Origin: a virus
Lineage: Duplodnaviria; Caudoviricetes
Virus record (IMG/VR): IMGVR_UViG_3300020045_010087
Coordinates: 1 to 39,168 of that record
DNA: 39,168 nucleotides
Strand: one strand, 5' to 3'
How positions within the stretch are numbered: position 1 is the stretch's first letter; every line of letters starts with the position of its first letter. Position numbers and translations under genes: made by a program. The notes beneath the pieces are model-generated. The model was not told where the DNA came from. It saw nothing but the letters and a program-made list of their open reading frames with translations, and did no database searches. Below are positions 27,432 through 35,594 of the stretch, in pieces.

Positions 27432-28700
27432 TTATTGTTCGTGTAGTAATGGCATTATCATATTCTTAAAAACGTAATCTGCGTTGAAGTTCTTCCGTAG
27501 CCTGTTCCAAGATTTCATTACTCGATTTGATTCGTACTCACTGATGACCATGCGAGCAATATCTTCGCAATACTTTTCATAGTTAGCGTAGTTTACTTTG
27601 TCATCTATTGAACCAAAGTTAAAGTAAAGCGCACTGTCCCCAGCTATCTCTCTTAAAGAACCGACGTTGTTATTTAAGATAAGGATATTCTTGTTAAGCA
27701 TTGCCTCTAAAAGAATCAGCGGGCAGTTCTCTGAGAGGGTAGGAAAAATAAACAGATTAGAGAATTGGAAGAGCTGACTGACAATTTCTCTGGGTACTCC
27801 ATGCTCCCACTTCGGCTGTTCCTCCATAGAAGTGAAAACAATTTCTCCAGAAGTTAATCCTTTATCCCAAGCTCTGGACATCATCTCTTGAATAACTTGC
27901 TTCTCGCGCTTGTCATTGGCATGGGCGTTGGCCACAACGAGTCTCACCGATTTACCTAGTGACTTTAGCTTGGCGATTATATCAATAAGCATTGGAAGCT
28001 GTTTACCATCGACCATACGGGTAGAGGAAACAGGGTATATCTGTATAAAGTCAGCACTTAGTAAATCGAACCGTTCGACAATAGAACGGACAAGTGGATG
28101 CAGATTCCAATATAGGCGAGGGTCAACAGGATTATATACAATCCGAACATCTTTAGGAAAAGTACGATACGCTTCTGCCGTTCTAATGAGTCCATAATTA
28201 TTTAAATAAACTATTTTTGAATTTTTAGGGAGTGTGAATCTTAGTGAATGAGGAAAGCTAGTATTGGCTGGCATAACGTTGGGAACCGAGTGGGTCCAGT
28301 GAAACCATTTAATTTTCGATTCGTTGGCGAACTTATGAATGGCTTCGCAGTACGGAAGGAACCAACCCTGGAAAATAAGGTCATGCTCAAAAATAACGTC
28401 AATATCCTTCGTGTGTTCCTTGAGCATCTGATACATCTTCTCGACCTGTTCCTTGTACCCTGACAATGGCTCCTGGTTAAAGTATTTTCCATCAGAGTAG
28501 TCAATGAGATTGAAGCGTGGAACTACCTTTCTAATCTCTACTCCCTTGGGAACCTTAGCGTCATCGGAGAAATTGTCGTGTACAAAAAACACGGGGCTAT
28601 ATCCATATTTTAGGAGAGATACAAGCTGAGACTCCATCACGCTAGTTAGAGAGTAAGAAGAGTCAAAGTTGTATAGCGTACTAAGGACAGCAACTTTCAT
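27432..28700 (-). CDS. Glycosyltransferase family 4 (GT-B)
   Basis: VVYNP-like IVYNPVD, R...GK, LFIFPTLSENCPLILLEAM (EX7E), LREIAG. Confidence 0.9.
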   Translation of the reverse strand: MKVAVLSTLYNFDSSYSLTSVMESQLVSLLKYGYSPVFFVHDNFSDDAKVPKGVEIRKVVPRFNLIDYSDGKYFNQEPLSGYKEQVEKMYQMLKEHTKDIDVIFEHDLIFQGWFLPYCEAIHKFANESKIKWFHWTHSVPNVMPANTSFPHSLRFTLPKNSKIVYLNNYGLIRTAEAYRTFPKDVRIVYNPVDPRLYWNLHPLVRSIVERFDLLSADFIQIYPVSSTRMVDGKQLPMLIDIIAKLKSLGKSVRLVVANAHANDKREKQVIQEMMSRAWDKGLTSGEIVFTSMEEQPKWEHGVPREIVSQLFQFSNLFIFPTLSENCPLILLEAMLNKNILILNNNVGSLREIAGDSALYFNFGSIDDKVNYANYEKYCEDIARMVISEYESNRVMKSWNRLRKNFNADYVFKNMIMPLLHEQ

Positions 28701-28702
28701 GT

Positions 28703-28879
28703 TTAGTCCTTAGTTATTACGGCGAAGCGGTCAACTATTTCGTAGTTCTTTTTCTTAGTGACCATATCGAAACCAGAACCAACGACCTGACTAATAAATT
28801 TAATATCTACGTCCCCTGGCTTGCGGTGTTCGAGGAACTCATTGAGAGTATCGACATCTTCAAAAATTGTAATTTTCAT
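28703..28879 (-). CDS. 58-aa hypothetical protein, first gene of the leftward glycosylation operon
   Basis: MKITIFEDVDTLNEFL...; ATG 8 nt after the -10 element; stop 2 nt before the GT4 start. Confidence 0.65.
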   Translation of the reverse strand: MKITIFEDVDTLNEFLEHRKPGDVDIKFISQVVGSGFDMVTKKKNYEIVDRFAVITKD

Positions 28880-28887
28880 ATACTTCT

Positions 28888-28916
28888 AGCGTAATAAATA
28901 AACAGCAAGTTGTCAA
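28888..28916 (-). promoter_or_regulatory. Sigma70 promoter TTGACA-N17-TACGCT with operator-like CAACTTGCTG
   Basis: Read directly; same geometry as the 23390 promoter. Confidence 0.7.
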
Positions 28917-29044
28917 TAACGAGCTGTTAATAAGTACAGAAGATACACCTCAATATGGATAATGGCTACTGCCATTAATGTGACTACTAGCGTTAGAGCA
29001 TATCCTACTAAAAGGCATTTAAGAACTCTTCTACGTATTTTCAT
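28913..29044 (-). CDS. 43-aa membrane microprotein
   Basis: MKIRRRVLKCLLVGYALTLVVTLMAVAIIHIEVYLLYLLTARY. Confidence 0.45.
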   Translation of the reverse strand: MKIRRRVLKCLLVGYALTLVVTLMAVAIIHIEVYLLYLLTARY

Positions 29045-29050
29045 AAATCA

Positions 29051-29078
29051 GGGGGAAGTACTCCGACTTCCTTCCCCC
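29051..29078 (-). terminator. GC-rich hairpin (GGGGGAAG/CTTCCCCC) closing the microprotein island
   Basis: 8-bp inverted repeat; weak U tract. Confidence 0.45.
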
Positions 29079-29157
29079 AGCCGCGTGGAGCAGGTGAACT
29101 ATGCACCCGCGCCGTACGAGGGGATTAGCCTCGCGTAGATTCTGGACCACCTCGCTT

Positions 29158-29346
29158 TCATTGGTCAGTGTGAGTGTGACCACCCATGGGACATACCCAG
29201 ATTCTTGGGACGAGCCTCGGACGCAACTTCCACTTGAGACACTCCTCGTGGTAGAAGCTGCCATCGTGCTCCACCTTGTCCCTGGGAACTTGGGGGAACT
29301 TCAGATTGCAGTAGGCGCAGTAAGCGGACTCGTCGTAGCAGTCCAT
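29158..29346 (-). CDS. 62-aa Zn-binding microprotein
   Basis: MDCYDESAYCAYC...HEEC...CPMGGH; TAATG coupling and GAGGCGG SD-like site. Confidence 0.65.
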   Translation of the reverse strand: MDCYDESAYCAYCNLKFPQVPRDKVEHDGSFYHEECLKWKLRPRLVPRIWVCPMGGHTHTDQ

Positions 29347-29411
29347 TACCGCCTCACTCTGGGTAGCCAGCGCCACTTTTTGCGACGCCGGAGGACTCGG
29401 AACCTAGCCAT
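29346..29411 (-). CDS. 21-aa Arg/Trp-rich peptide
   Basis: MARFRVLRRRKKWRWLPRVRR; preceded by GGGGAGGT SD; stop overlaps the next ATG. Confidence 0.55.
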   Translation of the reverse strand: MARFRVLRRRKKWRWLPRVRR

Positions 29412-29580
29412 CAGAGACCTCCCCTCGTTGAAAAGTAAGACCACGAATCATTACCCAAATCTCCGTACAACATCTTTGACACAGAAAGATGCGATACTTT
29501 GCATTGTGAAGATTCACGAAGCGGTCTGTAGGCATGAACCGCTGCGTGCTCTGACAACCAGAACAGTAGTGATTCTCCAT
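29404..29580 (-). CDS. 58-aa Zn-ribbon microprotein
   Basis: MENHYCSGC...FLCQRCCTE; preceded by GAGGAGGT SD. Confidence 0.65.
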   Translation of the reverse strand: MENHYCSGCQSTQRFMPTDRFVNLHNAKYRIFLCQRCCTEIWVMIRGLTFQRGEVSDG

Positions 29581-29638
29581 TCAAGACCTCCTCGTAGTGG
29601 ACTGACTACCCCATCCTCACAATGGGGTACTCAAGCCG

Positions 29639-30001
29639 CTACTGTTTCTGTACTAAAATAAGTCCAAGACCGGCTAGAATAACTGCACCAACAATAAGCC
29701 TAATAATCCACCTATTCCCGTCTTGGATTGCCTTAACGTTCTCCTCTAAACCTTTATACTTTATATCTAACTCGTCTTTTATATTAGAGCCGTGTTCTAA
29801 TATCTCGCTACGTATACCAGCAAATGATTTCTCTACTTCAACTCTTTCTGCTTTATTAGCCTTTAAACCTTCAATATCTCCAGCAAAATTATTCTTAATG
29901 TCTTGAACGTCATTAATAAGGCGTTCAACCTTCACGTCCATCTTTATTATTCTTTCGCGGTCTGCGTTACTGAAATGCGAACCGTTGGTTTCTTTAGCCA
30001 T
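29639..30001 (-). CDS. Coiled-coil protein with C-terminal TM helix (lysis-associated, XhlA-like)
   Basis: Coiled coil plus WIIRLIVGAVILAGLGLIL; next to the holin. Confidence 0.65.
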   Translation of the reverse strand: MAKETNGSHFSNADRERIIKMDVKVERLINDVQDIKNNFAGDIEGLKANKAERVEVEKSFAGIRSEILEHGSNIKDELDIKYKGLEENVKAIQDGNRWIIRLIVGAVILAGLGLILVQKQ

Positions 30002-30112
30002 TGCAGGATGTAATCTTTTGTGTTATTATACGTTATATAGCGTAACCACTCCCCAGTGTTACCTATGAAGCACGCCAGTAATTAAATATCGACTGAGCGT
30101 GCTTTTTGTTTG

Positions 30113-30325
30113 CTATTTACTTGCTATTTCTGCCGATTCTACTTTCGCATCCGCGCTAACATCTGAAATTCGGTCTACAGTACGAACAGTAATGAATCCC
30201 CCAGTAATTGTAGCAATAAGAGCCATCTCTGCCTCGCCTATCCATCCCTTTAACTGTGCATATACCGATACAGCACCGATAACAAGAGCCCACCAACGAG
30301 TACTTTTCAAGAATGACCAATCCAT
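30113..30325 (-). CDS. Putative holin
   Basis: 70 aa, KSTRWW start, two TM segments, adjacent to the endolysin. Confidence 0.7.
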   Translation of the reverse strand: MDWSFLKSTRWWALVIGAVSVYAQLKGWIGEAEMALIATITGGFITVRTVDRISDVSADAKVESAEIASK

Positions 30326-30337
30326 ATTATTTTTGAT

Positions 30338-30940
30338 TTAAGCCACAGGAACACCACCAAGCTTACGAATAATTGAGCGCAACAAATCGACCACTTGTTG
30401 CAACAGAGTAACCTGAACAGGTATCTCCGGCTTTATAGAACCAGTGACTAAATCAGGTAGCGGGTCAATGAACCCTTGATAACCATTACCGCTGTTTAGT
30501 ATTTGAGGCGTCGAGCCATTCAACTTTATGAGCATCTTCGAGAAATGACAGTGGACGCCCTTACCTGCTGGAGCATTCCCCCAGTACTCAACCGCGTCAG
30601 AAATAACAAAACCAGTATTACCCATAGTAGCGATAATCTGGCCTTCTTTTACTTCGCCTTCTTTAACTAAAATGTCCTTACAGTGACCGTATCCATAACG
30701 AACTCCATTGGCGTAAATCCAAATTGCCTTTCCTCCTAAACGAAACTGGTCTTCGTTCACCTCTTGAACCACGCCGTCACAAACGGCTGCTAAGGGTGAG
30801 CCTTCGGGAGCAACAAGGTCGATACCAGGATGCCCCTTGTATCCTATTGGGTTGTAGTCTTCGGGATTCTCTCCAAATAACTGAAAAATGCCTCCCGACG
30901 GGTATCTCTTGAGAACTGATTTAGGGCTAGGGTTAGTCAT
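30338..30940 (-). CDS. M23 family peptidase (endolysin)
   Basis: HPGIDL (HxxxD), YGH, MGNTG, HCHF (HxH). Confidence 0.88.
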   Translation of the reverse strand: MTNPSPKSVLKRYPSGGIFQLFGENPEDYNPIGYKGHPGIDLVAPEGSPLAAVCDGVVQEVNEDQFRLGGKAIWIYANGVRYGYGHCKDILVKEGEVKEGQIIATMGNTGFVISDAVEYWGNAPAGKGVHCHFSKMLIKLNGSTPQILNSGNGYQGFIDPLPDLVTGSIKPEIPVQVTLLQQVVDLLRSIIRKLGGVPVA

Positions 30941-31040
30941 CAGCTATAGTTCCATCTCCGGTTATATAATCGTACAGGAATTCAGTTAATAGAATCGGCC
31001 AAATCAATATCCATGCGATGATTTGGGCTATAAAAAACAT
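30933..31040 (-). CDS. 35-aa membrane microprotein ahead of the endolysin
   Basis: MFFIAQIIAWILIWPILLTEFLYDYITGDGTIADD; overlaps the endolysin start; follows the promoter. Confidence 0.5.
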   Translation of the reverse strand: MFFIAQIIAWILIWPILLTEFLYDYITGDGTIADD

Positions 31041-31054
31041 TACAGTATTTGTTT

Positions 31055-31065
31055 ATTATACCACG
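31055..31065 (-). promoter_or_regulatory. Extended -10 promoter for the lysis cassette (CGTGGTATAAT)
   Basis: Same motif class as the late virion promoters. Confidence 0.65.
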
Positions 31066-31070
31066 AATCT

Positions 31071-31409
31071 CTACTCAAGTGTAATAATTGTCTTATCCTT
31101 TTCGCCATAAGTTACAGAAATTGTCACCGACCGTACATAGTCAGTGTTGTCATCAGGCAGTACGCCGCCCAAAACTAGACCATCTAGAAGGGCCTTCCCA
31201 GTATGGTTATCGCAGTCACGCTTTCTTTTATCACCAGCAATTACCTGTATCTTAACATCTAAAGGAAACTCCTTCGGTTTGTTTTTTAAAGTTTTGACTC
31301 TCCAAGCGACATCTTCCTTCGTTTCCTTCGTATAGTTCGCTCGCGTCCTATAGTGCATTGAAAACAGTTCATTCAAACTAGCAGTAATAAAAGGTAACTC
31401 AATCGTCAT
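31071..31409 (-). CDS. rusA: RusA-like Holliday junction resolvase
   Basis: LP...SLN, RKRDCDN..KALLDGL...GVLPDD...V. Confidence 0.8.
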   Translation of the reverse strand: MTIELPFITASLNELFSMHYRTRANYTKETKEDVAWRVKTLKNKPKEFPLDVKIQVIAGDKRKRDCDNHTGKALLDGLVLGGVLPDDNTDYVRSVTISVTYGEKDKTIITLE

Positions 31410-31702
31410 ATCGGCTTCCCGTTACGGGAGTATTCTCATTTAACTTATTCAGACTTTTATTTAATAGGATGAAAGTCGTGAAGCTCGACACTTCATAATT
31501 ATACACCCTTCCCGCTGAATAAGCCCGATGTTTTTGATAATTAATACTCTCTATGTAGATGAGGGGTTAGAATCAGTGTTATTAGTAAATCGGATTTCAA
31601 AGCCGTTTAATAATCTATCGCGAATCTCTTTATCTTCAACGGGACACGGTATTTCTGTACAAATGTGATATTCCATATTCTTATTTAATCCGCTTTAGGG
31701 GG

Positions 31703-31822
31703 TTAATTCGGGAAAAGAGCCGTTAATAAACACAAACCGAGGAATATCACTACGAGCGCAATTACTGGGTGAGAGCTTAACGCGTTTTCTATTTTTTCAA
31801 GCATAATTTCGTATTTATACAT
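31703..31822 (-). CDS. 39-aa membrane microprotein
   Basis: MYKYEIMLEKIENALSSHPVIALVVIFLGLCLLTALFPN (read by hand). Confidence 0.45.
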   Translation of the reverse strand: MYKYEIMLEKIENALSSHPVIALVVIFLGLCLLTALFPN

Positions 31823-31843
31823 ACACTCCTTGTTTAAGTTAGG

Positions 31844-32056
31844 TTAAAATTTGTGTTCAATAATTATTTCGGTCGCCCACCCGTCTTTGAGCCATTTTCT
31901 AATACTCGTTGCGCTTCTACTATGGCTACTGTCATACCAGCCGCTATCCCATATTTTCCCGTTGCGCCAAATCTTATAATCAAAAGAGTAGTATTTTTTA
32001 CCGACTTTGAAATTGCCAGTTTCTACTTCAATGATTTCTTTTTGCGCTTTTTTCAT
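31844..32056 (-). CDS. Hypothetical protein
   Basis: 70 aa ORF in the leftward operon. Confidence 0.6.
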   Translation of the reverse strand: MKKAQKEIIEVETGNFKVGKKYYSFDYKIWRNGKIWDSGWYDSSHSRSATSIRKWLKDGWATEIIIEHKF

Positions 32057-32071
32057 ATCTACGTTAAGAGG

Positions 32072-32656
32072 TTATTTCTGGGAGAGGACATAATTTCCTA
32101 CTTCAGGGCTGACGCAATTTCGTAATATCTGTCGTTTGTTTTTCAGCTTATAAGCATCAAGATTAAATCCGTGGCTTGCCTGTAATTGCGGGATTTGAGC
32201 CGAGCGGATTAAGTCCTTTTTAAATTCTTTCGGGGCGACTTGGAAGTTAGACCAGAAGTAATGGCGCTGCAAAACGAAGTCGGGCTTGATAAGGGGTTCG
32301 TAGTACGGCTTCACGTTCTCTACGACCCACGGACAAGTAGCGTGATGTTTCAGGAATACAATCTCCTCATAGAGCGTCATGTCGGGATACTTGGCGGGCG
32401 TTCCTCGGAAACGAACATTGATGTTAAAGCGGAAACTACTATGGCTCTGGCACGGCGGGGAAGACCAGATAAAGTCAAACTCCTTGTAATGGTCAAGCAA
32501 ATACTGGTGAGCATCGCCAATAATTACTTTATCGTTCGGGAATAAGTCCCGATACACCTTCGCAATCGCTGGGTCATTCTCAACAGCAACAACCTCGTGT
32601 CCTTCCCACAACTTACGATTACCGCCTATTCCTGCGTAGAGATTAAGTATTTTCAT
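32072..32656 (-). CDS. DNA cytosine-C5 methyltransferase (short, orphan)
   Basis: Motif I LYAGIGG, motif IV SPPCQ, motif VI VENV. Confidence 0.88.
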   Translation of the reverse strand: MKILNLYAGIGGNRKLWEGHEVVAVENDPAIAKVYRDLFPNDKVIIGDAHQYLLDHYKEFDFIWSSPPCQSHSSFRFNINVRFRGTPAKYPDMTLYEEIVFLKHHATCPWVVENVKPYYEPLIKPDFVLQRHYFWSNFQVAPKEFKKDLIRSAQIPQLQASHGFNLDAYKLKNKRQILRNCVSPEVGNYVLSQK

Positions 32657-32808
32657 AGTGGTTTACTATCCCTCTCATCTGTGCGACCTTGGAGGTAGGC
32701 GGATTGTACTATACTCTCAAAGTCTTCTACTCTCGACATATCAGGCCACCATATCTTCTTTAATTCTTCTCTTAGTTTATCTACTTGCTCTAGGAGTTCT
32801 TTGTTCAT
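32653..32808 (-). CDS. 51-aa hypothetical protein
   Basis: MNKELLEQVDKLREEL...; ATGA overlaps at both ends. Confidence 0.65.
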   Translation of the reverse strand: MNKELLEQVDKLREELKKIWWPDMSRVEDFESIVQSAYLQGRTDERDSKPL

Positions 32809-33137
32809 AGGGCGTCGATTTCATTGTGCATATCCAGAAGCCAATCAAGAGGCAAACCCGAAACGCCATGATTTATTTGATAGGAAAACTCTTTCAATAT
32901 CACTTGTAATTTCTCTCTTTCTAATTTCCACTCACTTTGTTTCTGGGGGGTGGGGCAATTACAATTCTTCAACATCCTATCGCAACCGGCGCAAAAAGTA
33001 TTTTTACCCATTTTGTAGATTTTCTTTTCCGGCGCGTAGTGGCAAGAACAAAAGCAAATGTGCCCGTCTATCATTCCTGGATTGCTGGATACAATTTCTG
33101 GGCTTTTACCGTAACAAACACAACAGGGCTTATTCAT
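32805..33137 (-). CDS. Cys-rich hypothetical protein
   Basis: CCVC, CFCSCH, CAGC, CNC clusters. Confidence 0.65.
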   Translation of the reverse strand: MNKPCCVCYGKSPEIVSSNPGMIDGHICFCSCHYAPEKKIYKMGKNTFCAGCDRMLKNCNCPTPQKQSEWKLEREKLQVILKEFSYQINHGVSGLPLDWLLDMHNEIDAL

Positions 33138-33138
33138 A

Positions 33139-33294
33139 TTATTTATCAGAGGCTAGGTTATCTAAGGCTGCTTCGGCTTTGAGTAATTTAGTGAAACAAT
33201 CATCAGTTTCCAATGCGGTACTACCTTTTGAATCCAGAAAATCGAATGTTGCTTCGACATACACCTTAATAGCTTCTATTTCCTGTTTGGTCAT
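33139..33294 (-). CDS. 51-aa hypothetical protein
   Basis: MTKQEIEAIKVYVEATF...; fills the operon gap. Confidence 0.55.
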   Translation of the reverse strand: MTKQEIEAIKVYVEATFDFLDSKGSTALETDDCFTKLLKAEAALDNLASDK

Positions 33295-33303
33295 GGCGTA
33301 AGC

Positions 33304-33807
33304 TTAAACTTTATGCAGTGTTTTACCGCAATCTTTGCACTTCTCAACAGTCGTCGGTTTATGAGTAACGCAATATTTCTCTGGCGCTCCTAGCATTACC
33401 AAGAAATCAGATAGCGAAAGTTTCTCCCTCTCTGCCATTTCAATCACTTCTTTAACTTTCTCTTTCTTATAGTCTTTGATGTAGGTAAGCGCCCGAAAGA
33501 GCTTTTTGGTGTTGGCTTCTTTGAGCTCTTCGATTGAGAATCCGTGTTTATCGACATAGAACTCGTAGATGGAGCGCTTAAAAGCCACTGTAGAGGTAGG
33601 TATATCAATCTCCGCGTAAAACGAGGCTCTGGTAGCGGGCTTCCCAAAGAGATGATTATGTAATCCGAATTTCTCGTAATAGAAAAGGATTTTGCCTTCA
33701 ATCCACGATACTTTATCTTTAATCTCTTGGGTGCGCCTGAGTTCTTCATATAGGTCTTTGGCCAGTCGCTCCTTCTCTGACTGGGTTTGTGGTTCGGTTA
33801 TGTTCAT
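33304..33807 (-). CDS. Hypothetical helical protein with C-terminal Zn knuckle, possibly DNA-binding
   Basis: C..H...CKDCG tail; helical core. Confidence 0.7.
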   Translation of the reverse strand: MNITEPQTQSEKERLAKDLYEELRRTQEIKDKVSWIEGKILFYYEKFGLHNHLFGKPATRASFYAEIDIPTSTVAFKRSIYEFYVDKHGFSIEELKEANTKKLFRALTYIKDYKKEKVKEVIEMAEREKLSLSDFLVMLGAPEKYCVTHKPTTVEKCKDCGKTLHKV

Positions 33808-34105
33808 CGAATAATGTTTTTTGCTTCTCAGTTATGGTCCAGTATGACCTGGGGAGAACATACTGGGAGCCATAACCAAAATTAATAATCTTCCTATTCG
33901 TGTCGAATGTCTCTTTTGAAGCCTCAAACATCCTTTTATCACTAATGATTTCAATACGATTAAACAAGTGTTGATATCGATTATATGACTCTGCATCAAT
34001 TGCAGGGCTTCCTCCTTCTTTCCAAAGAAGATGCTTTGCTTCAATAATTCGTTTACTAAGCACCCTTGAGTTGAGGTCTATAGAGAAGTACTTAGTCTTT
34101 ACCAT
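33746..34105 (-). CDS. Hypothetical protein
   Basis: 119 aa ORF starting 2 nt after the upstream stop. Confidence 0.7.
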   Translation of the reverse strand: MVKTKYFSIDLNSRVLSKRIIEAKHLLWKEGGSPAIDAESYNRYQHLFNRIEIISDKRMFEASKETFDTNRKIINFGYGSQYVLPRSYWTITEKQKTLFDEHNRTTNPVREGATGQRPI

Positions 34106-34107
34106 TT

Positions 34108-34476
34108 TTATTGAATGATAACGTTACCGTCTTTATCGTGGTTAGGAGCAGAGAGGATAATACCGTCAACCATTGAATTGCTTTGCGGGTTACGAACCTT
34201 ACCGACGTTTACCACCATATATTTTCCTACCCAAGCAGCACTATCCATACCGTAGAGCTTGTGAATCTCTGCGAGATTCGTTTTGTTGAGTGTAAGCTTC
34301 TTCTCGTAGAGAACTGCATTACCGCGTTGCGCTTCAACACCAATATTCATCCGGCGCTTTTTTGCATCATCTGGATTTTCAATCGAGCCTTCATCAATGA
34401 ACTTAATGATGTCGTTCTGCTTAATGTTAATGTTCGCCTTGAGCCACTCACTGTCCATCATCTTTGATGTGTCCAT
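34108..34476 (-). CDS. Putative ssDNA-binding (OB-fold-like) phage protein
   Basis: LTLNKTN...LYG.D...WVGK motif; first gene behind a strong promoter; function inferred. Confidence 0.5.
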   Translation of the reverse strand: MDTSKMMDSEWLKANINIKQNDIIKFIDEGSIENPDDAKKRRMNIGVEAQRGNAVLYEKKLTLNKTNLAEIHKLYGMDSAAWVGKYMVVNVGKVRNPQSNSMVDGIILSAPNHDKDGNVIIQ

Positions 34477-34499
34477 GTTGTTTAATGTTAATTACTGAA

Positions 34500-34528
34500 A
34501 GCATAGCGCATAAACGACTAGTTGTCAA
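34500..34528 (-). promoter_or_regulatory. Sigma70 promoter TTGACA-N17-TATGCT with operator-like CAACTAGTCG
   Basis: Read directly. Confidence 0.75.
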
Positions 34529-34556
34529 CAACCTGTACTAGACTAGCTGTGGAAAA

Positions 34557-34634
34557 CGTGCTATATTGTTATTGACGGCGCACGGGAAGGCTCTATACCG
34601 AAAATGTAAGGCAAGGGTTGGAATGTGTGTTGTC
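34557..34634 (+). promoter_or_regulatory. Extended -10 (CGTGCTATATT) followed by a hairpin 5' leader
   Basis: GACGGCGCAC/GTGTGTTGTC and GGCTCT/AGGGTT stems ending 4 nt before ATG 34639. Confidence 0.55.
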
Positions 34635-34638
34635 TACC

Positions 34639-35055
34639 ATGTCAATTAAAAAATGTTTAGTCATATCAATAATAGCGTTCGCATTATGGTTAGCACTGGC
34701 ATTTAAAGCTAAGGCAGATTCTAGCCAATTATTAAATGAATATATTGGGAAATTAATCGTTTGTGAGTCAAGAGAAAATCCAGCGGCGTTTAACGATAAT
34801 GATGGTAAAGAAGGACTTCATTCCTACGGAATACTACAGTTTCAAATTCCTACTATATGGTACTACAACCAAAAATATAAGGTTTTACCAGATATAGAAT
34901 ATGCAGAAATCGAGAACGTCATCTGGGATACATGGGTCCAGTGGGAATTTGCAGAAAAAATCCTCCAAGAACCCTACGGATATCTTAATTGGAAAAACTG
35001 CACAACTAACCCAACGCAACCTGGGTATGTTGGTCTACCGCCTCAGTGGTTGTGA
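34639..35055 (+). CDS. Secreted lysozyme-like/lytic transglycosylase (Rpf/SLT-like)
   Basis: Signal peptide ending AKA-D; CES catalytic Glu, YGILQF..T.W, Q...A, W..C. Confidence 0.75.
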   Translation: MSIKKCLVISIIAFALWLALAFKAKADSSQLLNEYIGKLIVCESRENPAAFNDNDGKEGLHSYGILQFQIPTIWYYNQKYKVLPDIEYAEIENVIWDTWVQWEFAEKILQEPYGYLNWKNCTTNPTQPGYVGLPPQWL

Positions 35056-35137
35056 AAGCTGTCAAACAAAATCACGCGAGTATAAATTAAAGAATCATAA
35101 GTGGTTATGCAATCACTGCTTCCACGACAGAGGGTAG
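35027..35137 (+). CDS. 36-aa Zn-finger microprotein
   Basis: MLVYRLSGCESC...WLCNHC. Confidence 0.45.
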   Translation: MLVYRLSGCESCQTKSREYKLKNHKWLCNHCFHDRG

Positions 35138-35286
35138 TTGTCGAGTGCTCAAAATGTGGCGTGCTAATACAGGGTAGGACTAAGTATGTTCCTAACGCCC
35201 GTTGCCATGATTGTAAGAGAATGGCTATGGTTATCCACAGCCACAACGAAAGACGTGCTAATATTAAGAAAGAAGTTCGCCTCTGA
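35101..35286 (+). CDS. Small Zn-finger protein
   Basis: CSKCG...RCHDCK; start uncertain. Confidence 0.55.
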   Translation: MVMQSLLPRQRVVVECSKCGVLIQGRTKYVPNARCHDCKRMAMVIHSHNERRANIKKEVRL

Positions 35287-35560
35287 GATAACTTATCTTT
35301 GTATAAACTGTCGGGTGTGCGAACTTCCTACCTCACTCGGTTCTTGGGAGATTACTCGGTCACTCGAATAAGTACTAGTAGTTCTAACGAACGAAACTAC
35401 CAACACGGACACTTTGTTCTCTCCCTAGGACTTATCCACTTCGGCTAGCTAGTAAAAGAAAAACCCCCAATTCCGTATTTGGTATATCGAGGGTCAAAAG
35501 AATCAATCTTTTGATTTATATAGTTAGTGGCAGTAACCACTATATCTACAGCCGAGGGAC

Positions 35561-35588
35561 TTGCAATTAGATTACAGTGTGCTATACT
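35561..35588 (+). promoter_or_regulatory. Promoter TTGCAA-N16-TATACT with TG extension
   Basis: Immediately precedes the structured non-coding region. Confidence 0.6.
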
Positions 35589-35594
35589 ACAAGT

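Noticed and set aside
29101-29661. 186-aa plus-strand ORF
   Set aside because: No recognisable motifs; the minus strand has coupled ORFs with SD sites and Cys motifs and matches the direction of the neighbours
32801-33301. 166-aa plus-strand ORF
   Set aside because: Shadow of tightly coupled minus-strand genes
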